A stretch of DNA of 64,000 nt from Candidatus Poribacteria bacterium (GTDB taxonomy: Bacteria; Poribacteria; WGA-4E; WGA-3G). Positions within the stretch are counted from its first letter, which is position 1, and every line of letters begins with the position of its first letter. The stretch is taken from the NCBI GenBank assembly GCA_963663765.2, contig CAXXUA010000005.1:1056001-1120000 (forward strand), given 5' to 3'. The position numbers and the translations under genes are program-made. This document shows, piece after piece, positions 36,098-45,157 of this stretch. The notes beneath the pieces were generated by a model. It was not told the DNA's origin, searched no databases, and was given only the letters and a program-made list of their open reading frames with translations.

Positions 36098-36787
36098 ATG
36101 TTAGGGCAATTTATGAAATTAGAATACCACCTTAGTCCATTAGTTATTATAGGTGGATGGAATTCAAGTATATTTACACCATTATGGATCGGAAGGCATT
36201 TTGAAAATACGGAATTCTTGGACCCAATAAGCAGTGAAAAGCCAGATGAATACCTTATAAATATTGGTGTAAATTTAAGAAATTCCTTTTCTATAAAAAA
36301 TTCACCGATGACAGTCAAACTCAAAGGTGTTGATGTTCAGCTGCAAGAAACTAGTTTATCTTTTACTTTATCGGAAGAGAGTTACGACTTTATTCAATTG
36401 GAAAAACTATCCTCACAAATATGTAAATACCTTATAGAAACACCAGTAAGTAGTTACAGTATAAATTTTGGATTCGCTCACAAGAATATAAATGAAGAAA
36501 TTCTATTATCTATAAAAGGTGACAATACCATCATTAACAAGTCCATAGGAAGTTCATTAGATTGTGAGACATATACCTTTTTATACGATATCGATGGTAT
36601 AAGAACTAATATAGGAAATAAGATAGATTATATTAATAACATAATTACAGTTAGTTTTAATTTCCATTTCAATATCCAAGACTTGTCTGAGTTCATTTCA
36701 GGTATATCTGAAAACCCAATAAATAAAATGAAAGAAAAAGCTGTTAACATACTATCTGAACATTACAATTTACAGTTAGAGGTGTAA
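36098..36787 (+). CDS. Hypothetical protein, TIGR04255-like ('VIIGGWNSSIFTPLW' N-terminus, 'FNFHF' C-terminus); possible chaperone/sensor
   Basis: Long AT-rich ORF, first gene of a tightly coupled triad. Family assignment is from motif recall. The start may be ATG 36113. Confidence 0.6.
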   Translation: MLGQFMKLEYHLSPLVIIGGWNSSIFTPLWIGRHFENTEFLDPISSEKPDEYLINIGVNLRNSFSIKNSPMTVKLKGVDVQLQETSLSFTLSEESYDFIQLEKLSSQICKYLIETPVSSYSINFGFAHKNINEEILLSIKGDNTIINKSIGSSLDCETYTFLYDIDGIRTNIGNKIDYINNIITVSFNFHFNIQDLSEFISGISENPINKMKEKAVNILSEHYNLQLEV

Positions 36788-36788
36788 T

Positions 36789-37493
36789 ATGAACGCGCGT
36801 TTTGCAATACACCCAGATAATACTAATAGTCTTATTAGTATTATAGATGAAGACAAACCTAATATGCCGCCAGAAATCGAAGGGCTTGCAGTTGAAACTG
36901 GTATGCCGAAATTTAAGCTTGCGAATCATTTGCGTTACAATGCAAGGATTACTGGTCTCAATCGGAAAATAAAAGCCCTACCCCGTAAAAAAACATATAC
37001 ACAAATATCTACAAGTCCTAATGATAATGAAATAACTACTGCTGCTGATAATTTTTCAGAAACTATGATATCACAAGCAGATAAAGTGAAAAGCAATATA
37101 GAAAAAGATATTAAAAGTATATTAGAAGTAGATTTTGATTGGGAAGATTCAGGTCTTGAAAAACCATCGCACCAATCTTTATATTTCGCATGTGATATTA
37201 TAGAATCTCTGATAGATGAAGTATTCTCTGATGAAGAATTAGCAACTCAATGGATAAGTCCATTGCATATATATAGCAATGAAGCAGCTTATATATGCCT
37301 AACATGGAAATGTGAATCCAGAACACTTATTTTCCAGATAAGACATGATGTTATGAAGTATAGACAAGCTGAAATTAATACGAATGTATCGCCTAAAAAT
37401 ATTATTAATAAAACAGGTGATCTTAATACAGAAAACAGTTTAGCGATATGGAAATGGATAATTAATGGAGCGCAAACAAAGTCCAAAAAATGA
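36789..37493 (+). CDS. Hypothetical protein with a 'dWD-x-G-xx-P' type domain; putative antitoxin
   Basis: Starts 1 nt after the previous stop; low-complexity N-half; C-half DWEDSGLEKPS...P.HIY.N...I.LTW...RTL.FQI. Confidence 0.55.
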   Translation: MNARFAIHPDNTNSLISIIDEDKPNMPPEIEGLAVETGMPKFKLANHLRYNARITGLNRKIKALPRKKTYTQISTSPNDNEITTAADNFSETMISQADKVKSNIEKDIKSILEVDFDWEDSGLEKPSHQSLYFACDIIESLIDEVFSDEELATQWISPLHIYSNEAAYICLTWKCESRTLIFQIRHDVMKYRQAEINTNVSPKNIINKTGDLNTENSLAIWKWIINGAQTKSKK

Positions 37494-37938
37494 TGATATA
37501 CTTTATAGAAGGGTTAAGAAACATATAGAACCTGCAGATAAACTTAAAGAAATGAGGCATAAAAACCTACTTAGATATTTCAAAGATGAATTAGGTAATT
37601 ATCAAGTTGGTCCTATGGCATTTTATGACAAAGAAAATAGAATTTCAGTAAGTACTGCCCGAGATATTGATATAGTTTCTAAAATACAAATAGAACCCGA
37701 AAATGGAGTTGTAAAACTTATTGCAGAAGATGTATATGAAATAGATGTATCTCAGCATGAAGTATATATAGAAAATATCCCTGATGAAGAGAATGATAAT
37801 GATGAGCATTGTGAAATAAGTATAATACCAGATAATAACAACATAGAAGATGATATACTTAAAGAAATACGAAGTGATTTTAGGGATTCACTTGCAATAA
37901 TAGCTAATGCAACTGGTTGGGAAATAGAACCTTCCTAA
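37465..37938 (+). CDS. Hypothetical protein with ADP-ribosyltransferase/RES-like motif pattern; putative toxin
   Basis: LYRRV ... AF.D...ISVS ... GVV.L.A..V ... P...N..HCEI ... R..LA pattern; overlaps the upstream gene by 29 nt. Confidence 0.55.
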   Translation: MERKQSPKNDDILYRRVKKHIEPADKLKEMRHKNLLRYFKDELGNYQVGPMAFYDKENRISVSTARDIDIVSKIQIEPENGVVKLIAEDVYEIDVSQHEVYIENIPDEENDNDEHCEISIIPDNNNIEDDILKEIRSDFRDSLAIIANATGWEIEPS

Positions 37939-38031
37939 AATAACGAGTTGTGCTAAATAACTATATGTTAATCCTTGTTTCACATAAGCATGACGTTTTG
38001 CAGGTGTCCTTCATAGTTTGAAACGATCTTC

Positions 38032-38260
38032 AGTCCCGTAGGGACGATATGTTTATAGAAAAACGGCATAGTACATCCTCTTTAGTCCCGTAGGGACGAT
38101 ATGTTTATAGAAAAACGGCATAGTACATCCTCTTTAGTCCCGTAGGGACGATATGTTTATAGAAAAACGGCATAGTACATCCTCTTTAGTCCCGTAGGGA
38201 CGATATGTTTATAGAAAAACGTCATAGTACATCCTCTTTAGTCCCGTAGGGACGATATGT
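38032..38260 (+). repeat. 52-bp tandem repeat of a REP-like hairpin (AGTCCCGTAGGGACGATATGTTTATAG...) x~4.4
   Basis: Units start at 38032, 38084, 38136, 38188 and 38240. Intervening sequences are essentially identical, so this is not a CRISPR array. Other copies at 40518-40593 (reverse) and 41611-41840. Confidence 0.9.
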
Positions 38261-38474
38261 GCGCATTATAAACCTAATATATGTAAAAACTTTGAAAACA
38301 ATCTGAATTCTATGTATAAAGCAAATTAAAGAGTGTGTAATTTTTAATGGAAGGCAATATGCGGGATTTTAAGCAAATGGGGAGGAATATATACTATCTT
38401 TTCAGTAGTGATTTAGGTTATTTGATGCAGATCCTGTCTCAATATTGAACACTTTGGAGTTTCGCTAATAACTT

Positions 38475-38564
38475 ATACCCAATTAACGTGAGTCGTCTTG
38501 CTAAGTGTGCGGTTAGGAAACCGCACCTACCGTTGAAAAAAGATAAATTACGTTAATTTGGTAT
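38475..38564. mobile_element. 90-bp MITE with REP-like core (copy 1)
   Basis: TIR ATACCCAATTAACGT / ACGTTAATTTGGTAT; core GTGCGGTTAGGAAACCGCACCTACC; copy 2 at 41002-41091 differs by 1 nt. Confidence 0.8.
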
Positions 38565-38571
38565 TATTTGC

Positions 38572-40389
38572 TCAGTTCTCATCAATAGACCATGTGCAGT
38601 TGATATTACTGTCTGTGTAAAACTGCTTGAGTGCTGGTTTGTCAAACCATAACTGCATTTCTTTGCTTATTATATGACCGACACTGCTAACCTTTAGGTA
38701 AAGACCACCTGCAGTCCATCCGGGAATGATGTTGTACTTTCCGGTTTGTGCAGCGTATATACTAAGCAGAGCAAGTGGTTCCATCGCATCCAGATTTGCA
38801 GTTTTATGTGTATCCTGCAGAAGTTCAGCAACGGTTTTCCCTTCATGTCCCTCCTGTAGTTCCGGCATATCCATGACCTTGCTGTGGAAAATAAAGTCAT
38901 CTTCAAGGGTGAAAAGACCACTACCCTTATGTTGTCTTTCTTGAATTAGGTTGTCACCTATTTTCTCTGCCATTTCCAGATATTCTGCTTTCGGTTCTAC
39001 CCGGTACAGATCTACAAGTGCAAATATATAGGCTGGTTCCAATGCAGTTGTGTCAGAATTCAACTGTGGTTCACAATTTTTATCATTACCGATGTCTCCA
39101 ATTCCAAAGGCTTTAAACATGGTACGTAGATATTTTCTGAATTCACTTCTACCTCCTGAAATGCGATACCCTCTTGCACATACAGAGGTAAATAGCGGAG
39201 TGATCTTCTGCGGTAGAAATGCACCACCTTCTTTTGCACCAAAGTAAAGTTTTTGGTCTCTGAAAGGACCTTTTATCCGAAAATCTGTGAGATCTGTCCC
39301 ATCAATAGCGATACTTTTCAATGTATTGGTTTTTTTGTCGTAGGATGCATTTAGGAAACCGATGATGTGTTGTTCAACTGCATCTTTGATATGAGCCATT
39401 TCACCGATACGTCCATATTTATGTGCGTTTTCAACGATTGTAAGCATCCCCATCATTTGGGTGATGGTGTGGTTCAACTGATTTCCTACATATACTCTGG
39501 GTTCGGTTGCCTGTGGATATTTTCTACCGAATACATTTAGTCCTCGTTTGGAACTTTGTGGATGTACCAGATTGGGCAAAATACCGGTTACTTGGTCTCG
39601 CTGTGCTATAATCAGATTTAAAAGACGTTCTGCCCAAATCCGTGGTGCTTCCTCATGCTTTTGGTAGCCTAAACTATAGGCTGCATAAGCGAGATCCAGT
39701 GCTACACTGATAAAAGATAGATCTCCAGTGATTGTTGGTTCTTTGTATCCATACCATGGTCTGTTCCATGTATTGTCATGATCAACCTGCTTCTTAAAAT
39801 CACCGTGTCGGTTGTAGTGTAAGGCATCCCAATCCTTCATATTTACTTCCCAAATGCCTTTCATCAACATCTCACACTTATCAGGATCTACGGTTCTAAG
39901 CAATTCCCAGTATGGATACACGTCCTCAATTTCATGGACGACTCCCTTCATACCGTATCTATTACCTGTTACTAAGTCCACATAACCGTGTCCTCCCCAA
40001 TGCAGGACTCCACTTTGAGAATACCAGTAGTTATTGAACATGTATTCTGTTGCCTCACCTGCCGCATGGATGTATTCACTATCACCAGTGAACTCACTTA
40101 ATGAAGCAAGTAACCGTAAAAGATTCTGCTGATTTTGAAAAAAACACCAGACCGTTGGTTTCGGTTCGGTCCCTGAACGGTGTGATGTCATTGATCTTGG
40201 TGCTTTCAAATGGTCTATATGTAGGCAGTCGGCAAATAGAGGCATATCTTTGCCACTGTATCGATCTCTCCCGTATTGTATTGCTGTATCAGCAAAAAGA
40301 CTGGCTGCTTTTAGAAAGCGGTTACCATCTATTTCGTTGGGACTCAACTGTTCTCTACGGATCCACCGATCCAATCTACTAACGCTCAT
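38572..40389 (-). CDS. Polysaccharide lyase family 2 (pectate lyase PelW/PelY-like), apparently cytoplasmic
   Basis: QQNLLRLL..LS..TGD..Y, SG.LHWGGH..VDL, VHE....YPYWEL and RHG motifs as in PL2; no signal peptide. Start set to ATG 40389 (GGAG RBS). Confidence 0.7.
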   Translation of the reverse strand: MSVSRLDRWIRREQLSPNEIDGNRFLKAASLFADTAIQYGRDRYSGKDMPLFADCLHIDHLKAPRSMTSHRSGTEPKPTVWCFFQNQQNLLRLLASLSEFTGDSEYIHAAGEATEYMFNNYWYSQSGVLHWGGHGYVDLVTGNRYGMKGVVHEIEDVYPYWELLRTVDPDKCEMLMKGIWEVNMKDWDALHYNRHGDFKKQVDHDNTWNRPWYGYKEPTITGDLSFISVALDLAYAAYSLGYQKHEEAPRIWAERLLNLIIAQRDQVTGILPNLVHPQSSKRGLNVFGRKYPQATEPRVYVGNQLNHTITQMMGMLTIVENAHKYGRIGEMAHIKDAVEQHIIGFLNASYDKKTNTLKSIAIDGTDLTDFRIKGPFRDQKLYFGAKEGGAFLPQKITPLFTSVCARGYRISGGRSEFRKYLRTMFKAFGIGDIGNDKNCEPQLNSDTTALEPAYIFALVDLYRVEPKAEYLEMAEKIGDNLIQERQHKGSGLFTLEDDFIFHSKVMDMPELQEGHEGKTVAELLQDTHKTANLDAMEPLALLSIYAAQTGKYNIIPGWTAGGLYLKVSSVGHIISKEMQLWFDKPALKQFYTDSNINCTWSIDEN

Positions 40390-40517
40390 ATTTACTCCAT
40401 TTTTATGCTGTGGCAACTTGAGGACATAAAGTTAAACTATGTTAACACTACTATTACGACTTGTGTTAGTTAACTATTTGTTTGTATTCTTTTCACACAT
40501 ATTGACTTTATGTTATC

Positions 40518-40593
40518 AACATATCGTCCCTACGGGACTAAAGATAGGGTATTCGACGTTTTTCTATAAACATATCGTCCCTACGGGACTAAA
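40518..40593 (-). repeat. Two reverse-oriented copies of the GTCCCGTAGGGAC REP-like unit
   Basis: AACATATCGTCCCTACGGGACTAAA twice, 51 bp apart. Confidence 0.85.
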
Positions 40594-41001
40594 TGGTTCT
40601 TTCGGCAATTAATTTTAGCATAAAATAAAAGTCTATTGCTGAAGAATCCAGTAGTCATCCGTTTAAGTAGGAGATCATCAATGGAAACATATTATAAATA
40701 CATAGCAAGAAAACCACTAAAGAAGGAATCAACTCATGATAATACTAACAAAACAGAGTTCTATTGTGAAATATTGTTATACAAACAGTTATTTAACACA
40801 ACTCGTTACTATTTGATTTTTACAATCTATATTAACGCAAGATGCTACCTAAACATAACGTGAATTCGGTTTAGCAGACATGTAGGATTTCAACTTTATT
40901 TGTCGAATTTACAATGTCATACTTTTGAGTTGTTTGAGTCAATCGGAAATTCAGGAATTATGACATGTACCAGAAGTGGGTTTATAAGCTATTTATGACT
41001 A

Positions 41002-41091
41002 ATACCCAATTAACGTGAGTCGTCTTGCTAAGTGTGCGGTTAGGAAACCGCACCTACCGTTGGAAAAAGATAAATTACGTTAATTTGGTAT
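41002..41091. mobile_element. 90-bp MITE with REP-like core (copy 2)
   Basis: Direct repeat of 38475-38564. Confidence 0.8.
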
Positions 41092-41254
41092 AATATAGCT
41101 AGGATTGACTCAAAAACTTTACAAGATTTCTCAGGAACTATAACAACGGTAACAATTTTCACATACCGCTCCGATAGAGCGGAAGAATGACGCTATATGT
41201 GTGCTATAAACATATAGCTCCGATGGAGCGGAAAATTAAACATCTCATATTAAG

Positions 41255-42093
41255 CAATACCTTCGCCAATAATAGACATTCTTCCAGATTGTGCGGGCAG
41301 TTGTAGCACATTCTGCCAGATTGTGCGGGCAGTTGTAGCACATTCTGCCAGATTGTGCGGGCAGTTGTAGCACCAGTTGTAGCACATTCTGACAGATTGT
41401 GCGGGCAGTTGTAGCACATTCTGCCAGATTGTGCGGGCAGTTGTAGCACATTCTGACAGATTGTGCCTATAAATTATTCTGTCAGATTGCTGATATAGTC
41501 ATTTCTATTGTCAAATTAGAGGATGTGATAACAGGGTTATTCAGTTTTCAATATGATTGATAATATTTTGCTATGTCGTTAATTTTATGTGTTGCCATCT
41601 TGTCCATGTCTTTAGTCCCGTAGGGACGATATGTTTATAGAAACATATTATCTATCCCTCTTGAGTTCCGTAGGAACGACATAGAAAAATAAACATATCG
41701 TCCCTACCAAATCAACGCCAAATGCGCGTATGGCATTTGTCGGGACTAAAGAACTGGGGAGGGTATTCGTTTTCTATAAACATATCGTCCCTACCAAATC
41801 AACGCCAAATGCGCGTATGGCATTTGTCGGGACTAAAGAGCGATATTCATTTTTCAATAATCTAAAACTGATGCAGAAAGTTCGGTTAGGAAACCAAACC
41901 TGGGTATTAACTTTCAGTAAATCGCAAGAACAGAATACTCTTAAAACTAAATAACCCTGCTATGATAAAAAAATACTTCAACGAAAACCTGAAGTTATTT
42001 TTATTTATATAATCCTAACAATATCACAGAGCAATGGTAGATCAACACTATATACTCATTCAACTGAAGCACTCAAAAATGGCGAAGGTATTG
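41255..42093. mobile_element. IS4-like MITE (same family as 97-376) with expanded 32-bp repeats and a nested insertion
   Basis: Same TIRs; right arm 41960-42093 near-identical to ~241-376; flanks do not form a clean TSD. Confidence 0.85.
41532..41959. mobile_element. Nested MITE with CAGGG ends (ISAs1-like) containing REP-like units
   Basis: TIR CAGGGTTATTCAGTTTT / AAAACTAAATAACCCTG; degenerate TSD ATGTGATAA / CTATGATAA; absent from the 97-376 copy. Confidence 0.75.
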
Positions 42094-42476
42094 AATTTAG
42101 GAAGGGCTTTTTAAAATTGTAGAAGCATGAACTTGAAAATCAAAATCATATTGTTTTACTATAGAAATTCCAGGTAGTTTACGAATCATACAGGTCTATA
42201 ACTCAGTTAATTTGGGAATTCTCAACACGTTTGATATAAAATGACACGGAGAACCTTGAAGGTGTAGCATCAAAATTACCGTCTTTCGGTAGATGTAGTT
42301 TCCAATACCTATAATCTTCAGATGGAGGACTAAATGTTGATATTTGTGCTTTAAATTGATGCTCCAAATCTGAGGCAAATTGTTTGAATACCTCTATTTC
42401 AGTTTCTCCTTTTTGTGACCACTCGCAAGTTTCCAGATTGTTTGTCTAAACCATTCTTCATCTTCCATCTTTATAT

Positions 42477-42613
42477 TATAGTAGATTTTAGAATTATTTT
42501 TACACTTTCAGGTGTAGGAGGGAACTCCGATTCCCGACTATCAAGGTGTTCAGTCGCGATTCGGAGATCGCTCCTACAGAAGAAGTGTAAACTTAATTGT
42601 ATATTTCACTATA
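42477..42613. mobile_element. MITE (TATAGT-type ends) with an inverted GTAGGAG REP pair
   Basis: TATAGTAGATTTTAGAATTA / TAATTGTATATTTCACTATA ends; GTAGGAGGGAACTCCGATTCCCGAC...GTCGCGATTCGGAGATCGCTCCTAC core. Confidence 0.6.
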
Positions 42614-42787
42614 AATAGTGAGATTTTGAGTTGTTCAATTGTATAGTCATGGATGTTTTTCATTGTTTTTACCTCATCATAGTTAAGTATCAACTTAGTT
42701 GCACAAGTAAGTATATAAAACCAAAATCCTTGTATAGAGTATCACGTTTTTGGCAGGTTTTGTCAACCCAAATAACAACTGAAGTTA

Positions 42788-44524
42788 CTAATTGCTTCCG
42801 ATCAAACGTTGTGCTTTCATCTTACGTCTACGTTTCGATTTAGGTTTATTCTGTTTTGTTGTTGTAACTTTCTGAATATTATCCTGTGGCTGTGTAATTT
42901 CTTTTTCTGCAAGAACCTTCCTCTGCTGTTCTGCTTCATATTCTGCGTAAGTACCTTCAAAAAACTGTGTGGTTGTTCCCTGTTTGGTCATATCAAAAAT
43001 TAGCAGTTTCGTAGCAAGCCGATTTAAAAGAAAGCGATCATGAGAAATGATAAATAGCGTAGCAGGATAATCAGTAAGTGCATTTTCAAGTGCTTCCCGT
43101 GCTGGAATGTCCAAGTGGTTAGTTGGTTCATCAAGCAGAAACACATTTGCTTTTTGCAACAGCAATTTTGCCAATTGAACACGACTCTGTTCACCACCAC
43201 TCAAGTTACCAACCTGTTTGAATACATCATCTCCTGAAAACAGAAACTTCGCTAAATAACTTCGTATTTCAAACTGTGTATAATCTGGACAGAGTTGCCA
43301 AACTTCATCAAGCACATCGTTTTCAGGATTTAGACCCTCCAACTCTTGATTATAGTAACCGAACTTAAGCGTAGGACCCACCCACAACTCACCTTGAGTC
43401 GCTGTTTCCTGTCCCAAAATCATTCTGAAAAGAGTCGTTTTTCCTGTGCCGTTTGGTCCGATAATTCCGACAACATCCCCACGATTTACTTCAAAACTTA
43501 AGTCCGTGAATAACACCTTCTCACCGAACTGTTTGCTAATATTTTGACATCGTAAAATGTCGTCTCCACCACGCGTTTCCTGCTGGAAATCAAGTTTTAC
43601 CGTAGGTGCATCTGGTTTCGGCTTCTCAACTAACGCTACATTGTCCAATCTTTTTCGCCTTCCTTGTGCTTCTCGAGTGCGCTGACCTGCAATGTTACGA
43701 TCAATAAACTCTTTCTCTTGTGCAAGGAATGCCTGTTGCATCTTATACGCACGACTATCAACGACTTTCTCAATATTCTTGACTTCCAAGTACTTGGAAT
43801 AGTTACCACGATATATGCTTATCTTGTTTGCAGCGAGTTCCCATACCTTTCTAACGACCGTATCTAAGAAATACCTATCGTGAGAAACAACAAGAACAGC
43901 CCCCTTATATTCAGTGTTCAAATAGTTTTCTAACCATTCAATCCCATTGATGTCAAGATGGTTTGTGGGTTCATCAAAGAGTAATAGATCAGGTTCTTCA
44001 AGAAGAAGTTTCGCTAATGTTGCCCTACTTTTTTGACCACCACTCAGGACACGTACAGGCAAATTGAAGTCCTGTTCACTAAAACCTAATCCCCCAAGTA
44101 CACGATTTATACGATGTTCATAATCGTAACCACCAAGCCGCTCATGCATTTCTTGAATACGAGCATATTCCTGCATGAGTTGAGGGTTATCCCTGGTATC
44201 CATCTCCTCAACTAACATCAGCATCTTATCTTCAAGTGCTAACTGTTCCTCAAATACCTTGAGCATTTCCTGACGTAGCGTACAAGCACGTTCTAACTCA
44301 GGTTCTTGGCTTAAATAGCCAATTCGTCGTCCCTTTGCCAAAACGATATCCCCTGTAAAATCTGTTAGGATGCCACACATTATTTTGAGTAAGGTGGTTT
44401 TCCCACATCCGTTACGACCAATTAAACCTATACGGTCTCCTGGAGCAATCGCAATTGAAATATCGTCCAGTATTATGTCTGGATCATAACGTTTTGTGAT
44501 GTTACTTAAGGTTACTAAAGACAT
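42788..44524 (-). CDS. ABC-F family ATP-binding protein (two ABC domains, no TM domain)
   Basis: GRNGCGKT and GPNGTGKT Walker A; LSGGQ and LSGGE signatures; DEPTNHLD x2; SHDR x2. Start set to ATG 44524 because the longer ORF start lies inside a MITE. Confidence 0.92.
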   Translation of the reverse strand: MSLVTLSNITKRYDPDIILDDISIAIAPGDRIGLIGRNGCGKTTLLKIMCGILTDFTGDIVLAKGRRIGYLSQEPELERACTLRQEMLKVFEEQLALEDKMLMLVEEMDTRDNPQLMQEYARIQEMHERLGGYDYEHRINRVLGGLGFSEQDFNLPVRVLSGGQKSRATLAKLLLEEPDLLLFDEPTNHLDINGIEWLENYLNTEYKGAVLVVSHDRYFLDTVVRKVWELAANKISIYRGNYSKYLEVKNIEKVVDSRAYKMQQAFLAQEKEFIDRNIAGQRTREAQGRRKRLDNVALVEKPKPDAPTVKLDFQQETRGGDDILRCQNISKQFGEKVLFTDLSFEVNRGDVVGIIGPNGTGKTTLFRMILGQETATQGELWVGPTLKFGYYNQELEGLNPENDVLDEVWQLCPDYTQFEIRSYLAKFLFSGDDVFKQVGNLSGGEQSRVQLAKLLLQKANVFLLDEPTNHLDIPAREALENALTDYPATLFIISHDRFLLNRLATKLLIFDMTKQGTTTQFFEGTYAEYEAEQQRKVLAEKEITQPQDNIQKVTTTKQNKPKSKRRRKMKAQRLIGSN

Positions 44525-44544
44525 TTTTTGTAGGTTAAAATTAC

Positions 44545-44816
44545 TATAGTTTGGATATTTTTCATCTTGTAGAAGTTGATTATTCAACAGAACGTCTATT
44601 TTTCTACGAGTTTCGTATATTTATGAAACTGGAGAAAATGCTGCACTCCAGCGGAGTGCTATGTTTATAGAAAACGGACTATCCATATTCTTCCGCTCCA
44701 GCGGAGTGCTGTGTGCGACTGCAACATACCGCTCCGCTGGAGCGGAAGAATGTAACTATGTGCATGCTATAAACATACCGCTCCGCTGGAGCGAAAGATT
44801 AAGCATTCAAACTATA
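44545..44816. mobile_element. MITE family A (TATAGTTTGG ends) carrying four CTCCAGCGGAG REP-like hairpins
   Basis: TATAGTTTG / CAAACTATA ends; body recurs at ~56232-56482. Confidence 0.7.
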
Positions 44817-44830
44817 TTATACTATAGTTT

Positions 44831-45157
44831 CCTTGTTTTCGTCCAAACATTTCGGGATCCAGTTGATCAATGAGAGGTTATCAATCCCAGTCCCTATCTG
44901 ATTTCAAAAGGGATCGAAAGGTCTTAAATTACGATACCCTACCTTTGAAACCCTCATCATAATTGGGCACCAGCATTTTCAAGGCATCTTTGGTGTCGGA
45001 AAAAGCGATAAAAATCTTAGTTTTTGTTTCTTTTTTCTTTGAAAGGTCCGTCCAAGTTCTGTGCTACCTTTTGAGGTGTTATTTTCTCAATGCGGGTATG
45101 GGTTTGTGTGCGCTCATAGTTGGTATGGTTTTCCACATTCATAGGACAAAAACAAGG
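44831..45157. mobile_element. MITE family B, 327 bp, inserted in the left TIR of a family-A element (44822-~45437)
   Basis: TIR CCTTGTTTTCGTCC / GGACAAAAACAAGG; 6-bp TSD TAGTTT (44825-44830, 45158-45163). Confidence 0.85.

Noticed and set aside
38032-38260. Possible CRISPR array (palindromic unit repeated five times)
   Set aside because: Intervening sequences are essentially identical (52-bp tandem), the unit is dispersed elsewhere, and there are no cas genes.
41285-41466. Possible CRISPR array, or the short ORFs 41204-41449 and 41245-41451
   Set aside because: Spacer-less 32-bp tandem inside a MITE; the ORFs are translations of the repeat.
42100-42470. Minus-strand gene fragment (..EIEVFKQFASDLEHQF..YWKLHLP..)
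   Set aside because: Broken frames between two MITEs and no recognisable family; too weak to call.
44831-45157. Structured ncRNA or riboswitch
   Set aside because: TIRs and a TSD explain it as a MITE; no known RNA family motif was recognised.
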